64,000 bases of DNA. Source: Andalucia godoyi And28 (taxonomy: Eukaryota; Protista; Jakobida). The notes beneath the pieces were generated by a model that saw only the letters and a program-made list of their open reading frames with translations, made no database searches and was not told the DNA's origin. Where the stretch lies: contig VRVR01000041.1 in NCBI GenBank assembly GCA_009859145.1, forward strand, positions 81,266-145,265. The letters are read 5' to 3'. The translations under genes and the position numbers were made by a program. Of the stretch, positions 34,249 to 45,800 are shown piece after piece (the first letter of the stretch is position 1; every line of letters starts with the position of its first letter).

Positions 34249-35607
34249 TCATGCTTTCGAAGGAGTTGATGATAGCTGATGGAGAAATGGGGAAATCGTG
34301 GAGGTTCGCACCCACAACCCCCAATCTTCATCTGATACCCATTTTGGGGGAGGAGCCTCGTAGACAATATTTTCCTCGATTTCATATTTCCAAGCATGCA
34401 GACAAATGAACAAGGATGCGGGATCGCTAATCAGAAGCCTTTTCCGACACTCACTGCAGCCTTCAAACACCGGTGAAAGAAACGCTCGGCACTCGTCCGA
34501 TATTCCAGCCAGATCGAATGCAGCGTTCCGCATGCGCTTGGACGGCCTTTCGGCTTCCGCTGAATCTCCTGCAACAGAATGACGATCGTAGTGAGAGGGC
34601 TGCTGCATTCCATAGTCGGGGTCGTTCACAATGGGATGTCCGATGGCTTGCAAATGCACGCGTATTTGATGAGTTCTGCCTGTGTACGGCTTGCACGCCA
34701 CGATGCTTTGATCACATGCTTCAAAGTACCTGACAAACCGGACCTCCGTGCACGCCTCCACGCCGAGAGTTGGGTCATCCGTGCAGCCGTGCACTCCGTC
34801 CTTTTCATTGAGTGCCACCATGCGTTTTTCAATCCGCACTGGTTCCATCTTTTGCGAATTGAATTCTCCGTGCACACGCGCGTAGTAAACCTTTTGCATT
34901 GTGCGATCGCGCAGCTTCTTGTTGATTTTCTCTGCAACAACCGAGGTTTTTGCAAATACGACGACACCCGAGGTCAGCCGATCCAGTCGATTGACGGAGT
35001 ACAGCTTCTTTCCCGGATAGAATTCATGTTCAGCAATGTACAACAGCGAATTCTTGAAAAACCTGCCGCAGGGATGGACAGGAAGCGACGGCGGCTTGTT
35101 AAACACAACGTAGTCCACTGTTTCACCAATTTTGCAGATCGGGATATCCAATACTTGCTTTTCATGTCGGTGCATCTTGTGCTCAATGTGATGCTTGTCC
35201 ATCAGCACAAGCTGCGGATCCGGTCTGGAACCGTTCACTGTAATGAACCCGTTTTCAATCGCGTTCGGAAAATACCCATCGTCCTCGCAAAACTCCGTCT
35301 CCAAGACATTGATAAGTGATCGGCCGACCCACCTTCGTTTCACCCATGCCTTTCGAACGTCGACGTACGGGAACACATGGCGGAGACCGCAAAGATATGC
35401 ATAGTCACTGTCCCTTCTGTGGATTTCCAAAGGTGCAGACGGCAGCGGTTGTAATAGCATTGATGTTGCAGCACTGGCGGCAGGAACTTGCTGCGGTTCC
35501 ATTTCCATGGTCCTCGGCTCAAGATGGCAGCGATCTTGCTCCTTCGCCGCGACGACGCACGCGTCCATTCGTCCAACCGCCACTGCCTCTCCAAATGACG
35601 ACGCCAA
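34249..35607 (-). CDS. RluA-family RNA pseudouridine synthase (RPUSD2/Rib2-like); start uncertain (ATG at 35568 or 35508)
   Basis: NKPPSLPVHPCG, catalytic NRLDRLTSG, PYTGRTHQIRVHLQAIGHPIVND, LHA. Confidence 0.9.
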   Translation of the reverse strand: MASSFGEAVAVGRMDACVVAAKEQDRCHLEPRTMEMEPQQVPAASAATSMLLQPLPSAPLEIHRRDSDYAYLCGLRHVFPYVDVRKAWVKRRWVGRSLINVLETEFCEDDGYFPNAIENGFITVNGSRPDPQLVLMDKHHIEHKMHRHEKQVLDIPICKIGETVDYVVFNKPPSLPVHPCGRFFKNSLLYIAEHEFYPGKKLYSVNRLDRLTSGVVVFAKTSVVAEKINKKLRDRTMQKVYYARVHGEFNSQKMEPVRIEKRMVALNEKDGVHGCTDDPTLGVEACTEVRFVRYFEACDQSIVACKPYTGRTHQIRVHLQAIGHPIVNDPDYGMQQPSHYDRHSVAGDSAEAERPSKRMRNAAFDLAGISDECRAFLSPVFEGCSECRKRLLISDPASLFICLHAWKYEIEENIVYEAPPPKWVSDEDWGLWVRTSTISPFLHQLSSTPSKA

Positions 35608-35831
35608 TACTCGATACCGGTAGCAAACACAGAACCCGTACTACGGTCCTGCGATTTTTTAATGGTGCTGTAGGTATCGGGGTAATGGGAGTCGTCCAAT
35701 ACTGCATGTCGATGCCTGTCGATCACGCATTGCTCCTCTGTGATTTGCTGACATCCTTCCAGTAAAAAATTCCGTAGTCGGGAGCACCAAGCAACGACGT
35801 CCGATTCCTTCTTTTTCCTTTCCTTTCTTTT

Positions 35832-35840
35832 CTTCTTCTT

Positions 35841-35870
<30 letters not shown>
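35832..35870. repeat. (CTT)13 microsatellite between the divergent RluA and COPE genes
   Basis: Read directly. Confidence 0.9.
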
Positions 35871-35873
<3 letters not shown>

Positions 35874-35970
35874 ATCGTTCTGTGCGTTTCCTGGGCTACT
35901 GCAGAAGAACAAAGACTACCAGTTCAGAAGAAGCAGAACCAGCAGAAGCAACAGAAGAAGCAGAAGAAGG

Positions 35971-37031
35971 ATGGCAGACGATCTGTATGATTCGAGGAAT
36001 CTCTTCTTTATTGGAGAGTATGCACAGGCTGTTGCGCTGGCCACCGGTGTGGCAGATTCCCGACTTTCCGACACTTTGCGAGTATGTTGCTTCCATCCCT
36101 CTCTCATTTCCTCATTTCCTCATTTCCTCATTTCCTCATTTCCTCATCTCTCCACTTGTCATTCCCGAGACACAGCATTCTAATTGTATGTCGAGGTCGG
36201 TGGGTTGACTAATACTGACAATGATGTTGACGATAGACTGAGAAAGAGTATATTATTGCGCGGTCTCAAATTGCACTGGGTCAAGCGGATCTCGTGTTGG
36301 CGGAGGCAAAATTCAAGTCGAAGAACGCGTCGATTGCGTTTCAAGCATTGCGAGTTTTGGCTTCGTTTTCTGCGCTTCCTGTGAGCCATCCTGAGAGATC
36401 AGCGCTGGTCGCGCAGGTTGAAGAATGGGCCTCGGGAGATCTTATGCTGCTCGGGCCGTTTGCTTCTGTATGTTGTGCTGTTGTGTTTCTTGCACTTGAA
36501 AAAGTGGATCGCGCCCTCCATGTGCTGCACAAGGTCCAGTCTCTGGAGATGAGTGCTATGCTTGTTGAGTGCTTCTTGGCAATTCAGCGAGTCGATCTTG
36601 CCGAAAAGGGTGTCCAAAGAATGCAGCAGGTCGACGACGAGCATGTCTTGACGCAGCTGTCGCTGGCCAAAGTCAGACTGGCGAATGCACCGGCTGCGAA
36701 TGCAGTGAATGATGCAGTAATGATCGTTGCGGAACTCGGAACAAAGTATGGCGACTCGGTTGGGTTGATGAATCTGCAGGCAGTCGCTTCCATGCATCAA
36801 AACCGATTCGAAGATGCAGAAAAGTTGTTGTTGAAAGCGCTGGCAAAGCGGTCAAACGACGTCGAAACGTTGGTGAACATGGCAGTAGTGGCAGTGCATT
36901 TAAACAAGTCTCGGGATCTCGTCCAACGGTACGTTGCCCAAGTCAAAACCATTGCTCCTCAGCATCCATGGGTTCGTGCTCTTGCTGCAAAGGAGTCGCT
37001 GTTTGACGAGTCGGCACAGTCTGTGATGTAA
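35971..37031 (+). CDS. COPE: Coatomer subunit epsilon; exons 35971-36081 and 36237-37031, intron 36082-36236 (GTATGT...TACTGAC...TAG)
   Basis: Spliced MADDLYDSRNLFFIG...TLR|TEKEYIIARSQIALG, then DDEHVLTQL, TPR helices and HPWVRAL..KESLFDE. Confidence 0.9.
36103..36147. repeat. (CTCATTTC) x 5.6 intronic tandem repeat
   Basis: Read directly, within the COPE intron. Confidence 0.9.
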
Positions 37032-37530
37032 TGGGAAACGACGGTCGCTTCCGGTGCGTTGCAATTCTCAGAGCGCATGTAAATGAAAAATGACAAGCAC
37101 TGATGCTGATGCTGATGATGATGATGAAAATGTTTTACAGGATTTCATGTCGAAAGAACTCGAGTGCATAGAACCGGTGCCGCGTTCACTGGAAAATTAA
37201 ACATGCTTTTGCTTTCATGAAAAATACAATTCAAATCCAGTTTGCAATTGAAAGAATACAGAAGAAGCACACAGCAAGCCATACGCAGAAAGCAGGGGGG
37301 AAAAGAGACCGCAGGCGGGGCAACCCGGGAGATATCAACAAAGTAACGGGGGGAAAACAGGACAAAACAAAAACAAACTTCGATTCTTCTATGAAACAAG
37401 GAAGGCAAGGAAACAAACAGAAACAACAGACACCAAAATCCAAATCAAAAATCAAATCACAGCAACTTGTTAACACAGTCTCCAAATAGAAAACACAACT
37501 CGGTGTCACCCTAAGGTGAATAAATCTTGT

Positions 37531-39150
37531 TTAGACTTTCGGGACACAAATTCGCACAACACTGTCTCCGCCAGACGTTTCAAAATGGATGAAAACATGT
37601 CTCGGAACATTGGTGACTCCATCAAGCAGATTCGAAAGAGAAATTCCAGCAAGGTCCTTGTATGTTTTCGTCTCCAGGATGTTAAAGATGCGTTCAAGAG
37701 GCTTTCCGAAAGCAACGACCTCGTCTTCCTTCACTCGCGACGCAAGCAAAGCCAAATCGTCTTCAGAACCGAGCGAACGGACAGAGGCAGAAATAACCTG
37801 ATACCTATACTTTGGAGCTGAGATCAACAGGACGAGAGTAGAAGACTCGTACGCGGAATACCATTGAACGAAGGTGTTAACAATCTCTTCTTCTCGCTCC
37901 TTTTCTTCCTCTGTTTGCGGAACTTGCGACGGCTGCTGTTGTTGCTGCGACTGCTGTTGGCCATCAGTGGAGGTTCTCCAATTGCTTCGACGCTGCGCAT
38001 ACGAATCGAACGGTCTGACATGCTTTTCAAAGTATGCCTTCACAACATCACGTTCAAGAGGAGTTCCTGAAACAAGAGCGTGGGGAGCAACCTGATGCAA
38101 CCACATAGCAATCTTGTGACTCCCATCGTCGGATTTGACAAACGAAAAGTCGAAATCCATGTAAACCCCGTGTTGATCGCCGTGCGCAAGAGAAAACAAT
38201 GCACCCCACGTAATACCATGTGTGACGGCGACGGCCAGCACAACTTGCATCAACGGCGACTCAATCATTTCTTGAACCCAAGCAAGAACTGTGGAGTACG
38301 TCACGTTTGCGGGCCAGAACAGGAATGCATCAGACGACGGCTTACGGAACATGGAATCTACGCCGTGGTGCAGCGCCTCGGTGACGAGGCCATTTGCAAA
38401 GAAGCGGGTCTTCAAGAAGCGCTCAGTTCCTGGGAGCGTCCATGGTGAATCCTTGTTCGGACACATGTGGGGCTGCACAGAGCCCAATGGAACAACGGGC
38501 AGCTTCTCGGAGTTGAGAATCGAAATTTTGTTTCCACTCAGCACGCGGTGCAGCGGTTCCAGGAACACAGAGGTGTGAACCGCAGCCGACTTCTTTCGTT
38601 CCTTGGCTTCGGTGACATTGCGCACCGCATCCAGAATTCGCGACTTTCTCTGGAAATCCATGGAATCCACAAGAGACGGGCACGCATAGAGGACGCCAAG
38701 GATGGAAAAGACGCCAGAAAAGCCATCCGAATGATCGCACTGCATCAAAAGCTCATCCAAAAGCACGGTTGCCGACGCTGAGGAAATACGGTCCGTCGAT
38801 CCGGCAATGTCCGCCCACGCAACCTGCTCAATTGACGACGATGCAAGTTCTGAAGGCACTGGGATGGACTCGGGGCGCTGTGGAACAACACGGCTGGTGG
38901 GTTGCACAGTCGCCATCGCCGTCGGAGACAGAGAGACGCTCGGAGGTGCTGAAGTCGGAGCAGGAGCAGGAGATGCACCTGGAGTACCAGGCGCAGGGTT
39001 CAGCGCAGGCGTAGGGCGAAGCGACGCAAAGCGCTGGTTCGGAGCAGCGTTCGGCGACGGAACAGCTGCAATCGTTGCCGGAACCTTTTTCACAACAGAC
39101 CGTTTCGTGTCCTTGCGACGATTATCAACTACCTGCCAGTCGTCATCCAT
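37531..39150 (-). CDS. Hypothetical protein
   Basis: 539-aa ATG-started ORF with a Pro-rich linker and globular segments; no family recognised. Confidence 0.7.
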   Translation of the reverse strand: MDDDWQVVDNRRKDTKRSVVKKVPATIAAVPSPNAAPNQRFASLRPTPALNPAPGTPGASPAPAPTSAPPSVSLSPTAMATVQPTSRVVPQRPESIPVPSELASSSIEQVAWADIAGSTDRISSASATVLLDELLMQCDHSDGFSGVFSILGVLYACPSLVDSMDFQRKSRILDAVRNVTEAKERKKSAAVHTSVFLEPLHRVLSGNKISILNSEKLPVVPLGSVQPHMCPNKDSPWTLPGTERFLKTRFFANGLVTEALHHGVDSMFRKPSSDAFLFWPANVTYSTVLAWVQEMIESPLMQVVLAVAVTHGITWGALFSLAHGDQHGVYMDFDFSFVKSDDGSHKIAMWLHQVAPHALVSGTPLERDVVKAYFEKHVRPFDSYAQRRSNWRTSTDGQQQSQQQQQPSQVPQTEEEKEREEEIVNTFVQWYSAYESSTLVLLISAPKYRYQVISASVRSLGSEDDLALLASRVKEDEVVAFGKPLERIFNILETKTYKDLAGISLSNLLDGVTNVPRHVFIHFETSGGDSVVRICVPKV

Positions 39151-39249
39151 TGTGGGAAATAGATCAGAGTAAGTGATTCAAAAAGAAAGATGTCAACGGT
39201 AATCACGTTTCTAGATTGAAAGGAGACAAAAAAGAAAGCAAGCGCAGAT

Positions 39250-39278
39250 TAGGAATAGGAATAGGAATAGGAATAGGA
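39250..39278. repeat. (TAGGAA) x 4.8 tandem repeat
   Basis: Read directly. Confidence 0.85.
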
Positions 39279-39551
39279 TTGGGAATTAGAGTGATGGAAG
39301 ATATGAAGGAATGAAGGAGTGAAGGAACGAAAAGAAAAACCAATGGAGAATCGGTTCATTCGGACTTTCCGCACAAAGCAAATGGACAAATGCACGATAA
39401 GAATGAGTGATCCTCGAGCGAAATTGGGGCATCTTTTGGAATGCACGATAGCCCCCGTCGTCTTTTACCATTACTATTTTTTTCTAATATTTTTTTTTTG
39501 TATTCTGCCCAAAGGAGAGGCCCCGCCTTCCAGCAAAAAGACCCTCAGCTC

Positions 39552-39667
39552 GACAAGTGACAAGTGACAAGTGACAAGTGACAAGTGACAAGTGACAAGT
39601 GACAAGTGACAAGTGACAAGTGACAAGTGACAAGTGACAAGTGACAAGTGACAAGTGACAAGTGACA
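39552..39667. repeat. Perfect (GACAAGT) x 16.6 heptamer array in a divergent intergenic region
   Basis: 16 exact units at 39552-39663 plus GACA. Confidence 0.95.
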
Positions 39668-39781
39668 CTTCCTTTTTTAACTATCTTTCTTTCTTGTTGC
39701 TGCTTGCTGCGCTTCTTCCACGACGTTCAGTTCATTGAAGCAGCGCGTCTGTTGAGAGTCCCTGCAGCCGTGCACTTGACC

Positions 39782-42151
39782 ATGGAATACTCTCCGCTGG
39801 AGAACAAGCGCTCTGGCGAACACGAGCTGGAGGCCGGAGACCCAAGCGGCGCAGATTTGGACTATCGAGCTGCGGAGGCGCTAGCGGTGCACAAGAAGCG
39901 CACGAAGATTCTTATTGGGCTTGCAGCGCTGGTCATTATTGCGGTGGTGATTACGCTTCCACTGGCAATCATCGCACAGTGGCCTTCGTCGTCCCATTCA
40001 AACAACAGGGTATTCGGGTTTGAAGATATATTCTCCGTGAATGCAGTCGTCCCTAATGTGCAGTTTAATGCGGCGGGGGATGTCTACACGATGGATGCAG
40101 CATCCGGCAACATCTATTCCGTGTCGACGAATGGAAAGCGCACGCTGGTTGCTGAGTTGGATGCGTCATTCACCGATTTTTCAGTTTCAGACGATTCCAA
40201 GTTCTTTTTGCTTGCCCGAAATACCTCGGCTGTTTTCCGTCACTCGTCGAATTCAAAGTATTATCTGTACGAAGTTGCAAGCAAAGCCCTCACAAAGGTC
40301 TTTGCGGACGATCTGATTGACGAGTCGCTTGCTGTCTTCACGCCCGGAACTCAGCCAGCGCAGCAGGTCCGTTTTGCCATTGTCAAATCAGGGGAGATTT
40401 TCTCATGTGCTTACACTTCTGGAGCCGCCGCGGTCGTTTCTACGCGCGTAACGAATTCTGCACTGGATTTCCGAGTCCGCAACGGAATTTCCGATTGGTT
40501 GTATGAGGAGGAGGTTCTCGCATCACAAGTATCCATGTGGTTTTCGCTCTCTGGTTCAAAGCTTGTCTATTTGGAGTACAATGATACATTGATCCAAGAT
40601 TTCCAATACCCGTTCTATGCTCCTGCTGATCCGATGCCCGAGATCTCGCATATCGCCTATCCTACTCCAGGATACACCAACCCTACTGTCAAGGCCTTTG
40701 TTGTTGACTTGTCCGCGAACCCACCGTTTGCGCCAGTCCAAGTCTACTCGAACGAGCAGGATGATACAATCATTTTTGGAGCGTCCTGGGTCGACGATGC
40801 GACATTCGCTCTTCGCATCATGAACCGAATCCAGACCTACACAGATGTTCGTCTGTTTGGCATCGACGGCTCTGCAAAGGGTCTTGCGTCCCCTGCGGAG
40901 ACTATCCCCGATGGCTGGGTGATTCCGCGAACCGCTCCCGTGTTTTTGGATGCGAATACGTACGTGGACATTCGCTGGACAAATGATTCCTACCAGCATG
41001 TTGCACTTGTTGGCGTGAATGGAATCAACCGGTTCCTGACATCTGGAGCGTACAATGTGTACGAGATTTTGTGTGTCGATTCTGTATCGGGCTCTGTAGT
41101 CTTCCGCGCGCCTGGACCGACTGGGGCCGCCTGGGATAGTCATATTTGGTCCGTGAATGCGAAGGCTGCGTCACCTGTGCTGGTGCAACTTGACAAGAGC
41201 GGCTATTCATACGCGACGGCCACCTTCGGCACTTCATGCGGGTCGTATTTGCTTGCGGAACAGAGTGTCTCTCAAGTTCCTGTGTACACGTTTGTTTCTG
41301 CGACAGCGAATCCGTTTGTGGTGGAGTCGAATTCCGCGTTCCAAGCAGCGCTTGCTCCGCTGAACTTGCCGACTCGTGAGTACATGCAGATTGCAGGGTT
41401 CAATGCCTATCTCACGTATCCCCCGAATTTTGACCCCAAGAACAAAAAGTATGCGTTGATCATGCATCCGTATGGAGGTCCTGGATCGATGATGGCACTG
41501 TCTAAGCACATCTTGAGCGATGCCTGGGAGGCATACTTTGTCTCGAACCACGATGCCGTTATCGCAGTCGTCGACGGCTATGGAACCGGCGCACAGACGC
41601 GCGAGTTTCTGTACAAGGTATACAAGCAGCTTGGAATTTTCGAAGCACAATCTCAGGCCACGGCCGCATGGGCACTTTCGGAGAAATACCCCTGGGTAGA
41701 TTCCTCTCGTATTGGTTTCTTTGGTTGGTCATTTGGAGGCACGCAAGCCTTGAACGCAGCGTCCTATAACGTTTTCGACGCAGCAAACCGTTCACCGTAT
41801 CGTGCGTCGTTTGCAGTAGCGCCTGTGACAGACTGGCGATACTACGACACCGCATATACAGAGCGATATATGCAGACTCCAGCGATGAACCCAGACGGAT
41901 ACGCAGCCACGTCGTGCATGCAGCGCGCCGGCGCGATTTCCGCGTCTCTGAGCATCATGCATGGGTCCTGGGATGACAATGTCCACATTCTGAACAGCAT
42001 GAACTACATGAATGCGGTTATTAAGGCACACAGGACGGATGTTGACTTCTATGTGGTCCCGAACAGGCAACATTCCATCGGCGACCAAGACGCACGTCGC
42101 ATTGTTTGGACCCGTGTAACCAACCATTTTGTGAACGCTCTCGACATGTAA
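39782..42151 (+). CDS. Dipeptidyl peptidase IV family (S9B), type II membrane protease
   Basis: N-terminal TM, DWLYEEEV, YPTPG, catalytic GWSFGG, HGSWDDNVH and RQHSI. Confidence 0.93.
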   Translation: MEYSPLENKRSGEHELEAGDPSGADLDYRAAEALAVHKKRTKILIGLAALVIIAVVITLPLAIIAQWPSSSHSNNRVFGFEDIFSVNAVVPNVQFNAAGDVYTMDAASGNIYSVSTNGKRTLVAELDASFTDFSVSDDSKFFLLARNTSAVFRHSSNSKYYLYEVASKALTKVFADDLIDESLAVFTPGTQPAQQVRFAIVKSGEIFSCAYTSGAAAVVSTRVTNSALDFRVRNGISDWLYEEEVLASQVSMWFSLSGSKLVYLEYNDTLIQDFQYPFYAPADPMPEISHIAYPTPGYTNPTVKAFVVDLSANPPFAPVQVYSNEQDDTIIFGASWVDDATFALRIMNRIQTYTDVRLFGIDGSAKGLASPAETIPDGWVIPRTAPVFLDANTYVDIRWTNDSYQHVALVGVNGINRFLTSGAYNVYEILCVDSVSGSVVFRAPGPTGAAWDSHIWSVNAKAASPVLVQLDKSGYSYATATFGTSCGSYLLAEQSVSQVPVYTFVSATANPFVVESNSAFQAALAPLNLPTREYMQIAGFNAYLTYPPNFDPKNKKYALIMHPYGGPGSMMALSKHILSDAWEAYFVSNHDAVIAVVDGYGTGAQTREFLYKVYKQLGIFEAQSQATAAWALSEKYPWVDSSRIGFFGWSFGGTQALNAASYNVFDAANRSPYRASFAVAPVTDWRYYDTAYTERYMQTPAMNPDGYAATSCMQRAGAISASLSIMHGSWDDNVHILNSMNYMNAVIKAHRTDVDFYVVPNRQHSIGDQDARRIVWTRVTNHFVNALDM

Positions 42152-42243
42152 TTAAAGAAGGTAAAACATTATTTGAAAAAACATTTTAGGTTAACAATTA
42201 ATAATAAAAAACAGACAAAAACACGACCCGCTCGACGGACTAT

Positions 42244-42640
42244 TTGTCATCGAGACTTGCGATTTCTTTTTATTTCCCCCTCTGTCTTTGCTGCTTGCAA
42301 GACGACGAAAGGAGCATCGCTAATCGAATGCTTTGGCAGCTTCCTGCATACCGAAGACCGCCCTGCAACAGGGTCGTGCGACAGCAAGGAAACATGCTGT
42401 TCAGCTGCGAACTGCCTTCGGAACATTTCTTGACGAAGCAGATCCAAGGGTTGCTGCGACGCGGCAAACAGCAGTGTTGGCTGGGCTGCGACTAACGATT
42501 GGTCCAGACGTCTCGTGTAATCAACATGGAACGAGCAAACCCCGTGCAAGAAAGAAAAAAAAAAGAAATTCGTCAAGAATTCTCCTTCATCACCTTTCGC
42601 TCGAATCACAAAGAAAGTCAGTGGTGAATTCTTGAGGGTT
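42244..42640 (+). pseudogene. C-terminal TnpB/Fanzor-like relic (copy 4) with structured tail
   Basis: One frame with one stop: SIANRML, GNMLFSCE...TKQ, KQQCWLGC, RVINMERAN (42514-42540; DNA close to an RDINGARN coding sequence). Followed by an A-rich linker and a 10-bp inverted repeat (42573-42582/42626-42635). Confidence 0.4.
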
Positions 42641-42874
42641 CTTTTTGTTTTTCTGCTGTTGTTGTTGTTGTTGTGTGTGTGTTTGTACATTGCTCGCTCA
42701 CTGTCCTGCTGCACAGTTGCGTTATTAAGATTGTTCTTGGCTCCGTGCCCAAGTTTGTTCCAGAGCTGGTTGGATCTGTTACTGTCTGACTGTCTTATTT
42801 TTCTTTTCTTTTTTGTCGCCCCTCCTCCTGAATGGGGTGGCCCTTTATAGACACATAAGTATCTTCACTAGCAA

Positions 42875-45800
42875 ATGCTCAAGTTTCCCATCTGCATCGC
42901 CATTTTGGTGTCGTTGCTGCTACTGTTGTCTTCTCCAAGGACTGTCACACTCGTTGTCGGAGCCGACATCACCGTGTCTCCTGCTTCGGATATTGCTTCA
43001 GTGGCGTCACTAGCGGCATCCGGAGACACTCTTCTGTTTTCCCCAGGCACCTACAACCTGACCGCTCCCATTGTCGTTACATCAAAAACCTTGATCTTTC
43101 GAGCACAAGGGCCGTCGGCAAAGGCGTCTCACCTGCTGGTCGCTGTGAACGCGGATGTATCCATCCGCATTTCTGGAAGTTCAGCGTCTCTGACGATAGT
43201 TGGGCTCTCGTTTACTGGGGCAGTGGCCTTTCCTGTGATTCAAAGCAGTGCAGATGCGTCGCTTAGCGTTCAAGATGCTTTTTTCTATGAAAATGCTGTC
43301 CCAACTTCATTGTTTGGATCTGCTGTTGATTTTTCTTCCTTTTCGTTTCTGGGTTCGTTGGCCATTTCAAGCACATTTTTTGAAGGCCACATTGCTCAAA
43401 CTGGCGGCACTGTTGCGGTGCGGGGTGCATCACAAGTGCAAATCACAGGAAACACGCTGTTTTCACAGTCGTCAAGTTTAGCTGGTTCCGGCGGTGCCTT
43501 GTATGTTCAAAACGCGTCATCGTTCGAATGGTCCTTGACGCCATATCCCGTGTTTCCTGCGACCTCAGATGAAGTGACTGTCGGAGCGATGAACTGTTTT
43601 GCGGCCGGATCCGGTGGAGCAGTGTATCTGGAAAATGTGAAAAACGTGTCGCTCTCTGGCGGAATGTTTACTGGGGCAAATGCAACGGTCTTTGGAGGAT
43701 TAGTCGCCATTGCCGTCAAGTCCGATCTTCCGAGCTCACTACCATTTTCCCTTTCCATTCTGCAAACCGCATTTGTGAACAGTACTGCGTTATTTGCGGG
43801 CGGCGCGGTATTCGTGGGGCCTGTTGAAGCCTTCCGTCTCACGGATGTATCGAGCGGCCTAAACTGGGTTGTCCCGTCCATACTTCAGAGCGTAGCATCG
43901 CTCGGTGCTTTTAGCTCCTCTGCGGATGCAATTGTTACAATCGCATCGTCCAAATTTTTTAGTTCGCTTACCACGGACGCTACAAATGGAACGGCAGGCT
44001 CTTTTGCAGTACTGATGCCCTCCACACTTCGCATTTCGTCCTCATCCTTTGTTCGAGGACATGCGCCCCGGATCGGTGGCATGTTTGCGATTGCGCCGTA
44101 TTCCACAGTTTCTGTGTCCGGATGTTACTTTGAAGCTGCAAATTACTTTGGACTTGTTTCCACCGTGTACACACCAGATAACAGTGGCGGTGTTTTCTGG
44201 GTCGGGAAGCACAGCTCCATGAACATTTCGAATTCAGATTTCTTTCTCACTGGTGCGGTGTACAGAGGAGGGACGATTTTTATGGACAGCAACACCACGA
44301 TTAGGATTTCGTCGGTGACGAGCAAGAATTCATTTATCCATGCTCAATACGAGTCTGCCATTGTTCAAGGGAAATCCTCGGGAGGGTTTCTGTACATAGG
44401 ACCGGGGTCTGTTGCGTCGCTGGATAATGCAACGATCAGTGTTGGCTTTGCTGTCGCAATGGGTGGGGCAGTGTTTGCAGATGCAGACGTTTCGCTTGAT
44501 ATCCGAAATTCGCAGTTTCTGTACTTCCAGGTTGCCTTGTTTGGAGGAGGCGGTGTGGCGGCCTACAGCTCCGCCTCCGTTTCCATCCAAAATTCACTCT
44601 TCTTCAAGTGCAGATCGAATGCCGGTGCGGGTGGTGTTCTTTTGTACATGGTGACAGGCAACATCCTCGTTTCGGGAAACACGTTTCTGGAAAATGCAGC
44701 CTCGAACATTCAGAGAGGAATTCTGCGTGGATATGGTGGAGGTATGCATGTGTTCGCCATAGGCGACGGACACCTGTCTTTCGCCAATAATAATTTTTCC
44801 GGAAATACAGCGATGGACGGAAATGGAGGAGGACTTTCGTTGGTCGTCTTGTGCAATTCGTCTCTTCCGTCGCGACAGGTGTATATTTCCAGTGCTATCT
44901 TCACACAGAATTCAGTTGGGTACTATGGTGCGGGGCTATATGTCGAGTCGCAGTCAATTGGGTCGCCACCCTCCTCTTCTGCTCTTTGCACTTCTCTGCG
45001 GGTTGTCGGCACTTCGTTTACGAGCAATCGTGCGTTCCACGTTAACAATTACGGATACACTACCGAAGGCAGAGGAGCAGGCTTGTTTGTGACATCGCTG
45101 TCTGCCACGTCGATAGATTCCTCGGTGTTCACGAGCAACCGTGCTGCGTATGCCGGCGGTGCGATTTCTCTTCAATACGGCTCAACCAATCTTACCGTGA
45201 CAAACTCGGTTTTTCAGTACAATTCCATAGGTTTGGTGAATCCTGTGCAGCCCACGGGAGGTGCTGTGAACCTTGCGGATTCTCCGAATTCTCTTTTTGT
45301 ATTCCAGAATGTTACCTTTCTGAATAATCGCTGGGCATCAGATGCGCTGGTGAAGAACGAGACGATTCCCGTTGCAACAATGTCAAATCGGTTGACATTC
45401 AATGCCATTTCTGCCTCTTCTTCCACTCCGACCTCGTCATTTGTCTTGTCCAGCGTTCGCGTTTCGCCATGCTATCAGTCGATGATTCCGCGGTCGCTGC
45501 AAGTCGACCTAAAGATTTGCACCCACTGTGATTTCCCGGCCATTGAGTATGGCTACGCTTGTGATGATTGTCCGTCGCTCGTTAGCGTCGATTCAAGTTC
45601 GAGCATGCTTCCTTGCAATGGAAACGGAGTTTGTTTTGGAGATGTGACTGGCAACGGCACATGTTTTTGTGATTTCTCGAACGGCTTCTATGGGTACAAT
45701 TGCAGCAATCGGTGCCCGGTGAGTGCCGCTAATGGACTTATCTGCTCAGGTCATGGCTCTTGTGTTGTCACGATTTCTATCGCGAATGCTGTAGGAATTT

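Noticed and set aside
36176-36185. Micro-exon inside the COPE intron (CAG...GTATGT)
   Set aside because: Ten nt would break the frame, and a single intron already gives a good COPE sequence.
37145-37260. FPVNAAPVL on the minus strand as a further RuvC-III remnant
   Set aside because: It is a single short motif with no supporting upstream motifs or tail similarity.
39552-39667. CRISPR-like array
   Set aside because: Contiguous 7-mers with no spacers; a simple tandem repeat.
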